A stretch of 64,000 bases of DNA from an uncultured Acidobacteriota bacterium (GTDB taxonomy: Bacteria > Acidobacteriota > Polarisedimenticolia > Polarisedimenticolales > DASRJG01), in assembly GCA_964647625.1 (NCBI GenBank), contig CAZYHZ010000009.1, forward strand, positions 16,056-80,055, in the 5' to 3' direction. The position numbers were made by a program, and so were the translations under genes. Below, piece after piece: positions 58,665 through 64,000 of this stretch. The notes under the pieces were generated by a model, which made no database searches, was not told where the DNA came from, and saw nothing but the letters and a program-made list of their open reading frames with translations. Position 1 is the first letter of the stretch. Each line of letters starts with the position of its first letter.

Positions 58665-59814
58665 CGAGGAGGGACTTCGCGATCGTCGAAAGCTGCATGA
58701 AGGACGTGCCTTCGTAGATCTTCCCGATCTTGACGTCGCGGTGGTATTTCTCGACGAGGTACTCCTTCGAGTAGCCGTTCCCGCCGAACACCTCGACCGC
58801 CATCGCGCAGATCCGCTCGGCGGCGTCGCTCGCGTACAGCTTCGCCATCGCGGCTTCGGTGACGAACGGAAGCGAGGCGTCGCGAAGCCGCGCCGCGTTG
58901 TAGACGAGGAGGCGCGCCGCGGCCAGGCGCGTCGCCCCGTCCGCGAGCTGGAACCGCATGGCCTGGAATTCCGAGAGCCGCTTTCCGAACTGCGCACGCT
59001 CCTTCGCGTAGCCGACCGCGGCGTCGAGCGCGGCTTGACCGACGCCGAGCATCTGCGCGCCGATCCCGATCCGTCCCTCGTTCAGGGTCTCGATCGCGAT
59101 CTTGTATCCCTTGCCGACGGGTCCGAGGACGCGATCCTTGGGGATCCGGCAGTCCTCGAACAGGATCTCGCACGTCGAGCTCGCGCGGATGCCCAGCTTG
59201 TCCTCGCGCTTGCCGAGCGAAAAACCGGCATCGCCCTTCTCGACCATGAACGCCGTGATTCCCTTGTACCCGGCGGACGGATCGACCGTCGCGAATACGA
59301 GAAAGATCCCTGCTTCCGCGGCGTTCGTGATCCAGAGCTTGTGCCCGTTGAGCACGTAGTCGCCGCCCTGCGGCAACGCGCGGCATTGCATCGCGAAAGC
59401 GTCGGATCCCGATCCCGCCTCCGAGAGGCAGTACGACGACACGGTGTCGCTCGCGGCGCGCGTCAAGTAGCGGGTTTTCTGCTGCTCCGTCCCGTTGCGT
59501 CCGATCGCGTTGTTGACGAGCGTGTTCTGGACGTCGACCAGCACGCCGACGGCCGCGTCGGCCCGGGAGAGCTCTTCGACCGCGAGGCACGCCTGGAAAA
59601 ACGTTCCTCCCGCACCGCCGTACGCCTCCGGCACGTCGATGCCCATGAGCCCCATCTCGAACAGCTTCGGCAAGATCGCAGGGTCGTAACGGCCCGCGAC
59701 GTCCATCGCGCGCGCCAGCGGCGCGATCTCCGCCTGCGCGAAGTCATGCACGGAGTCGCGAAAGAGAGTCTCTTCCTCGGAGAGAACGGTCAGCGGCGTC
59801 GTCACGCCGTGCAT
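58657..59814 (-). CDS. Acyl-CoA dehydrogenase
   Basis: CLSEAGSGSD, GHKLWIT, KLGIRAS, GRIGIG, FGGNGY and IYEGTS motifs. Confidence 0.95.
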   Translation of the reverse strand: MHGVTTPLTVLSEEETLFRDSVHDFAQAEIAPLARAMDVAGRYDPAILPKLFEMGLMGIDVPEAYGGAGGTFFQACLAVEELSRADAAVGVLVDVQNTLVNNAIGRNGTEQQKTRYLTRAASDTVSSYCLSEAGSGSDAFAMQCRALPQGGDYVLNGHKLWITNAAEAGIFLVFATVDPSAGYKGITAFMVEKGDAGFSLGKREDKLGIRASSTCEILFEDCRIPKDRVLGPVGKGYKIAIETLNEGRIGIGAQMLGVGQAALDAAVGYAKERAQFGKRLSEFQAMRFQLADGATRLAAARLLVYNAARLRDASLPFVTEAAMAKLYASDAAERICAMAVEVFGGNGYSKEYLVEKYHRDVKIGKIYEGTSFMQLSTIAKSLLDE

Positions 59815-59816
59815 GA

Positions 59817-59903
59817 TAGGGGACAGGCCCCCAGAGCGTCGAGGGTCGAGAGTCGAGAGTCCGGAACCCCTCTCGACTCTTAACTCTCGACTCTCGACTC
59901 TTG
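59817..59903. repeat. Composite repeat: REP-like palindrome plus inverted heptamer array
   Basis: TAGGGGACAGGCCCC, then GAGCGTC GAGGGTC GAGAGTC GAGAGTC, a loop, then GACTCTT AACTCTC GACTCTC GACTCTT. Confidence 0.8.
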
Positions 59904-59907
59904 CCTC

Positions 59908-62900
59908 TTACGGAAGCGTGATCGTCGTCACCGCCTCGCCGCCTTCGGTGAGGCTGACCGATTGGGACGCATGCCGGGCCTGTGACGTCGCCGTCAGCTC
60001 GTAGCCGCCGGGCGCGAGAGCCGAAACGGTCGTCACGCCGTCGCGCCCCGTGGCGGGCGTGCGTCCACCGAACCGCATGAAATCGGCGCCGAGAAAACCG
60101 GGGACGGCGCGGCACGACACCGACGCACCCTCCACCGCGTTGCCGTGGGAGTCGATGACGCTCACCCGCACGCGGCCCGGCCGCGGAGCGCGCACCGGGA
60201 CGTCGCTGACGTCTTCGGGCTGAACGGAGACCGCTCGGGCGGGGGGATACCCGTCAGCGATCGCGGTGATGTCGATCGGCCCTTCCGCGGGGGCTGTGAT
60301 GACGAACGCGCCGTTGACGTCGGACATGGCTCGCAGGTCGTCGCCGGCCGTCGAGGTCCCGCTCGGAGCGGTCAGGACCATGGCGCTCGCGATGCCGTTG
60401 CCGCCGGCATCGAGCACGTGTCCGCGCACGGTCCGGCCCGGCTCGAGATTGATGTCGACCGTCTGGACGTCGCTGTCGTTCGCGATCGTCACCGGCGGAA
60501 CCGTGGGGATCCGGTAGCCGCTGGCCGTCACGGAGATCGAGTACGTCCCCGCGGTCAGGCCATCGAGCGAAAACGAGCCGTCGGGCTCGGACTGGCCGAG
60601 CAATCCGCCGCCGCCGTGACCGCCGTTCGCGGAGTTGGCCCCGCTCGGCGTGGCGCTGATCATCGCGCCCGAAACGGGCTTACCGTCTTGGTTGACGACC
60701 TTGCCGTTGATCCCCGCCGACCGCAGCGTGACGTCCACGACCGGGTTCGGTTGATCGGGAACCTGCACCGCGACGCCCGCCTGCCGTCCCATGAACATGC
60801 CCCCGGTCGACACGACGACCCGGTAGGCGCCCGCCGTGTCGAGCCCGATCTGGTAATGGCCGTCGGCGTCGCTGCGCGATTGCTTGAGATCCACGGACGC
60901 GCTCTCGCCGTCGCCGGTGAACAGCAGCATGGCGTTCGGGACCGGCTGTCCGCCTTTGAGCACGCGACCGGTGACGGTGATCTTCGAGGCCTCGTCGATG
61001 TCGTAGTTGGTCGTCTCGCCTTCCTGGACCGTGACCTGCTTCATGCCGCCGAACAGCATGACCGCGCCGCCCTGGGGAGCCTTGATCACGATGTAGTCGC
61101 CGGGGGTGATCTTCTCGAAGGTGTACCGCCCGTCCGGGCCCGTGGTCGCCGTTTGGGGGCCGCCGCCTCCGCCCATCTTGGTGAGCAGCACTCCGGCATT
61201 CGGCAACGGAACTTTCTGCGCGTCGCGCACGAGCCCCGTGATCGTTCCCCCGCGCGACAGCTTGATGACGAAGTCGTCCGTGTCCGCATCGGCGCTGATG
61301 TCGACGCGTCCCGAATTCGGCGAGTACTCCGGCTGCGAGGCATCGATCGCGTACGTGCGCGCCTCGAGCCCCGCGATCTCGAAGTGACCGTCGAGGGTCG
61401 AGATCGCGGCGCCCTGAGACTGATCGGCGCCGCCCATCCGCATCGTGAAGCCCTGCGGCTGGGAAACCACGATCGTCGCGCCGGCGATGGGCGCGTCGTC
61501 CTTCGAGGCGACCACGCGGCCGCGCAGGGCGCGCCCGTCCTCGACCGTCAGCGTGCCGACGTCGGTGACCTGCTCGGAGACGACTTTCAGTCCGGTCTTC
61601 CGGGCCGGCGCCTTGCCGTCGACCTTCGCGGTGATCGTGACGGTTCCCGGATTGACGTTGTCGAGCCGGAAGTTACCCGACGGATCGGTGAACACCTGGT
61701 CGTCGTCGGGACGGCTGCTGATCATGACGCGGAATCCGGGGCGCTCCTGATTCTCCTTCGCCTCCGGAAACGCCTGCACGCGAAACGCCGGGGGAGCGGC
61801 CGCCCCGCGCAGCAGGACTTTGCCGACGATGCTCCCCGTCTTTTCGAGGGAGAAATCGACGTCCGTGTCGCCGGGGGTGGCGCCTTCACGGCTGGCTTCG
61901 GCGAACCCGGTCGCGCGGACCGAAAGGTTCCGGACCGGAGAATCGCCGAGGCCCGAGATTCGATAGCGGCCGTCGGCACCGGAGCGCGCTTCGCGCGAGA
62001 GGCGGAAGTCGGCATCCATCGACATTCCGAAGATCGTCGCGCCTTCGACCGGCTGGCCGGTGGCGTCGGTGATGCGGCCGGAGACGCTCTTCGATTCCTT
62101 GACGCGCAGCGTTCCGAGGTCGACCGTCTCGCCGCTCTTGAGCCTCAGCCCTTCCTTGGTGACGTCGGAGAAATCGGCCGGCTGGAGCGTGAGATCGAAC
62201 GTGCCGGAATCCAGCCCCTTCACGAGGAACTTGCCGTCGCCCTGCGCGACGATCTTGTCGCGATCGACGTCGCCGGCGCCGATCGCGAAACCGCGCCGCC
62301 GTCCGCCGGTCGCGCCGCCCTGCGTTTGGAGCCTCACGTCGACGTCCTTTACCGGAACGTCCTTCGCGGTGACGAGCCGGAAGGTCAAGGACGCCGCCGC
62401 ATCGAGCTTCATCTCGAGGTCGCCGCGCTCGGTGCCGGCTTCGATCGGGATCGGGCCTTCTTCGTGGGAGCCGAAGCCCTCCTTCGTCGCGCGGACCGTG
62501 TACTTGTTCCCCGCGAGGACGCCGTCGAACGTGAACTTGCCGTCGGCGTCGGAGCGCTTGGCCTCCCGGCTGTCCTTCAGGAGCTTGAGCAGGCTGCCGT
62601 CGGAGCCCGACGCCGTGACGATCGCGTCGGCCACGGCCTTGCCGTCCGGCCCGACGACTCGTCCGGCGATGCGCCCCCCGGGCTGAAGGTAGAGGGTGTT
62701 CGCCTCGGGCTTGCGCTCTTCGCCGGGGGCGAGCGGCGCGGCGACGACGCGGTCGAGCGTCGCTCGCGCCTTGGCCGGTGCGATCGCATCGACGATGACG
62801 ACGCCTTGGGCGCAATCCTTGATCAGGAACGTGCCGTCCTCGCCGCTCTGGACCGTGTGCGCGGCGTCTTTCCCGAAGCGAGCGGCATCTCGCTCGATCG

Positions 62901-63384
62901 CGGAGACGCCGGCCCCGGCGATCGGCCGCTGCGACAGGAGGTCGATGACGCGGCCGGCGACGGAAACTCCAGGCTTCAGGCGCAGGTTCAGCGCGGCGCC
63001 CGCCGGCACGTCGGAGGCGAGCGCCGGGGCGAGGCCGGGGGATTCCACGCGGACCACCATCGACCCCCCTCCTGCGACCTCGATCTTGAAAGCTCCCGCC
63101 GCATCGGTCTTGCCGGTGACCGCCTTGGGGACGTCGGGAACACGCATTCCTCGGATGCTGCCGTCGGCCTTCGGTGGCATCGGAATGATCCGCACGATCG
63201 CGCCGGCGATCGGCTTCGCATCGGTCCCGACGACGGTCCCGGAGATCGTTTTGGCCGGAGCGGCTTTCGCCGCGGCGGCCGGCGCGGGCTTGGCGGGCGG
63301 CGCCGCTTTGGCATCCGCGGCGTGGGCCGCGAGAGCGAGGGGGAGCGAGAGCATGATCGCGAGCGTCAGCGAGCCGGATCGCAT
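59908..63384 (-). CDS. Secreted protein with many carboxypeptidase-regulatory-like (transthyretin-like) repeats
   Basis: Signal peptide and about ten G.V.D..G.P..GA...(T/S)D.DG.(F/Y) repeats. Confidence 0.85.
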   Translation of the reverse strand: MRSGSLTLAIMLSLPLALAAHAADAKAAPPAKPAPAAAAKAAPAKTISGTVVGTDAKPIAGAIVRIIPMPPKADGSIRGMRVPDVPKAVTGKTDAAGAFKIEVAGGGSMVVRVESPGLAPALASDVPAGAALNLRLKPGVSVAGRVIDLLSQRPIAGAGVSAIERDAARFGKDAAHTVQSGEDGTFLIKDCAQGVVIVDAIAPAKARATLDRVVAAPLAPGEERKPEANTLYLQPGGRIAGRVVGPDGKAVADAIVTASGSDGSLLKLLKDSREAKRSDADGKFTFDGVLAGNKYTVRATKEGFGSHEEGPIPIEAGTERGDLEMKLDAAASLTFRLVTAKDVPVKDVDVRLQTQGGATGGRRRGFAIGAGDVDRDKIVAQGDGKFLVKGLDSGTFDLTLQPADFSDVTKEGLRLKSGETVDLGTLRVKESKSVSGRITDATGQPVEGATIFGMSMDADFRLSREARSGADGRYRISGLGDSPVRNLSVRATGFAEASREGATPGDTDVDFSLEKTGSIVGKVLLRGAAAPPAFRVQAFPEAKENQERPGFRVMISSRPDDDQVFTDPSGNFRLDNVNPGTVTITAKVDGKAPARKTGLKVVSEQVTDVGTLTVEDGRALRGRVVASKDDAPIAGATIVVSQPQGFTMRMGGADQSQGAAISTLDGHFEIAGLEARTYAIDASQPEYSPNSGRVDISADADTDDFVIKLSRGGTITGLVRDAQKVPLPNAGVLLTKMGGGGGPQTATTGPDGRYTFEKITPGDYIVIKAPQGGAVMLFGGMKQVTVQEGETTNYDIDEASKITVTGRVLKGGQPVPNAMLLFTGDGESASVDLKQSRSDADGHYQIGLDTAGAYRVVVSTGGMFMGRQAGVAVQVPDQPNPVVDVTLRSAGINGKVVNQDGKPVSGAMISATPSGANSANGGHGGGGLLGQSEPDGSFSLDGLTAGTYSISVTASGYRIPTVPPVTIANDSDVQTVDINLEPGRTVRGHVLDAGGNGIASAMVLTAPSGTSTAGDDLRAMSDVNGAFVITAPAEGPIDITAIADGYPPARAVSVQPEDVSDVPVRAPRPGRVRVSVIDSHGNAVEGASVSCRAVPGFLGADFMRFGGRTPATGRDGVTTVSALAPGGYELTATSQARHASQSVSLTEGGEAVTTITLP

Positions 63385-63418
63385 ACCGGGACACCTCCTC
63401 ATGAAGGTCGATGCCGTC

Positions 63419-64000
63419 TTATACGCCCGGGGACGGCGGATGGTCGACGGCGAGCGCCTCCCCGCCGTAGATCGACGAAGGGAACAAGATCGGCAGCAGC
63501 TCGTGCAAGAACTGCCGGCGCTTGTAGGCCGAGTGGCTGGCGAATTGGGTGTCGTACAGGGTCCCGAGATACGCCTCGAGCGGAAAGATCTGAACTTCGA
63601 CGGAAAAGAGGTACGGGACATCGGACGACGGGTCGTCCATCAGGATGTCGATGATCTCCTTCAAGACGGCGAATCCGCTGGACGATTGCGGATCCAGCCG
63701 CGCGCGGTCCCGCCCGCCGATCAGCGTGTCGACCCGGTCGCGGCATCGGAGCGGCCCGCCGAACGCGTCGATCAACCGGCGCTCGAGCGCGTAGGCCTGC
63801 CGCCGGTCTCCCACGATGAACATCGCCCCGAGTAGGTCCTGCACCATCCGCGGGTCGGGGATCGCGCGGCGGATCATCTTGGAGAGGATCGAGCCGCTGT
63901 AGCGTCCGAGGCCGGGCCAGCGCGGGGCCTCGGAGATCCGGATCCAGCCCTCGTCGGCACGTCGATCCTTTTCGGGATCCGCTTCCCGCTTGAAGCGGCT
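63419..64000 (-). CDS. RelA/SpoT-like nucleotidyltransferase-domain protein, 5'-truncated by the window edge
   Basis: Frame is open from 64000. SILSKMIR, QDLLG, EVQIF and ASHSAYK parallel the synthetase-domain motifs. Confidence 0.55.
   Translation of the reverse strand, partial: SRFKREADPEKDRRADEGWIRISEAPRWPGLGRYSGSILSKMIRRAIPDPRMVQDLLGAMFIVGDRRQAYALERRLIDAFGGPLRCRDRVDTLIGGRDRARLDPQSSSGFAVLKEIIDILMDDPSSDVPYLFSVEVQIFPLEAYLGTLYDTQFASHSAYKRRQFLHELLPILFPSSIYGGEALAVDHPPSPGV

Noticed and set aside
6907-59903. CRISPR array
   Set aside because: The repeats are dispersed or inverted, with no regularly spaced direct repeats, unique spacers or cas genes.
59908-63384. Carboxypeptidase-regulatory repeat protein as a novelty
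   Set aside because: Common architecture in this kind of genome, and no catalytic or unusual domain was recognised.

Overview
GC-rich bacterial chromosome segment. An Acidobacteriota-like origin is inferred from the Acidobacterial-type VWA protein and the carboxypeptidase-regulatory-repeat proteins. Most of it is compact housekeeping sequence: transketolase (5'-partial), class V aminotransferase plus serA-like gene, a solitary topoisomerase VI subunit A, a TPP-riboswitch-led TonB receptor/SSS transporter operon, tRNA-Cys, glgP, efp, trmK, speA, signalling proteins, a zincin peptidase/ATP-grasp/TerC operon, hemY, mbfA, hemE, acyl-CoA dehydrogenase and large secreted proteins. Two accessory layers stand out. 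(1) At about 39.4-51.8 kb, three direct copies of a tmRNA-like 3' end bound an integrase-less, defence-like island and a single large surface-protein gene. The island holds an ABC ATPase with an uncharacterised small partner, a Cap4-like nuclease-STAND-helical-repeat protein and a PIN fusion. (2) A family of REP-like GGGGACAGTCCCC inverted repeats, one pair enclosing a low-GC cargo gene and one pair nearly empty, occurs along with GACTCTC heptamer hairpin arrays, and these repeats often sit on stop codons. All product calls come from motif recognition by eye; no database search was run.
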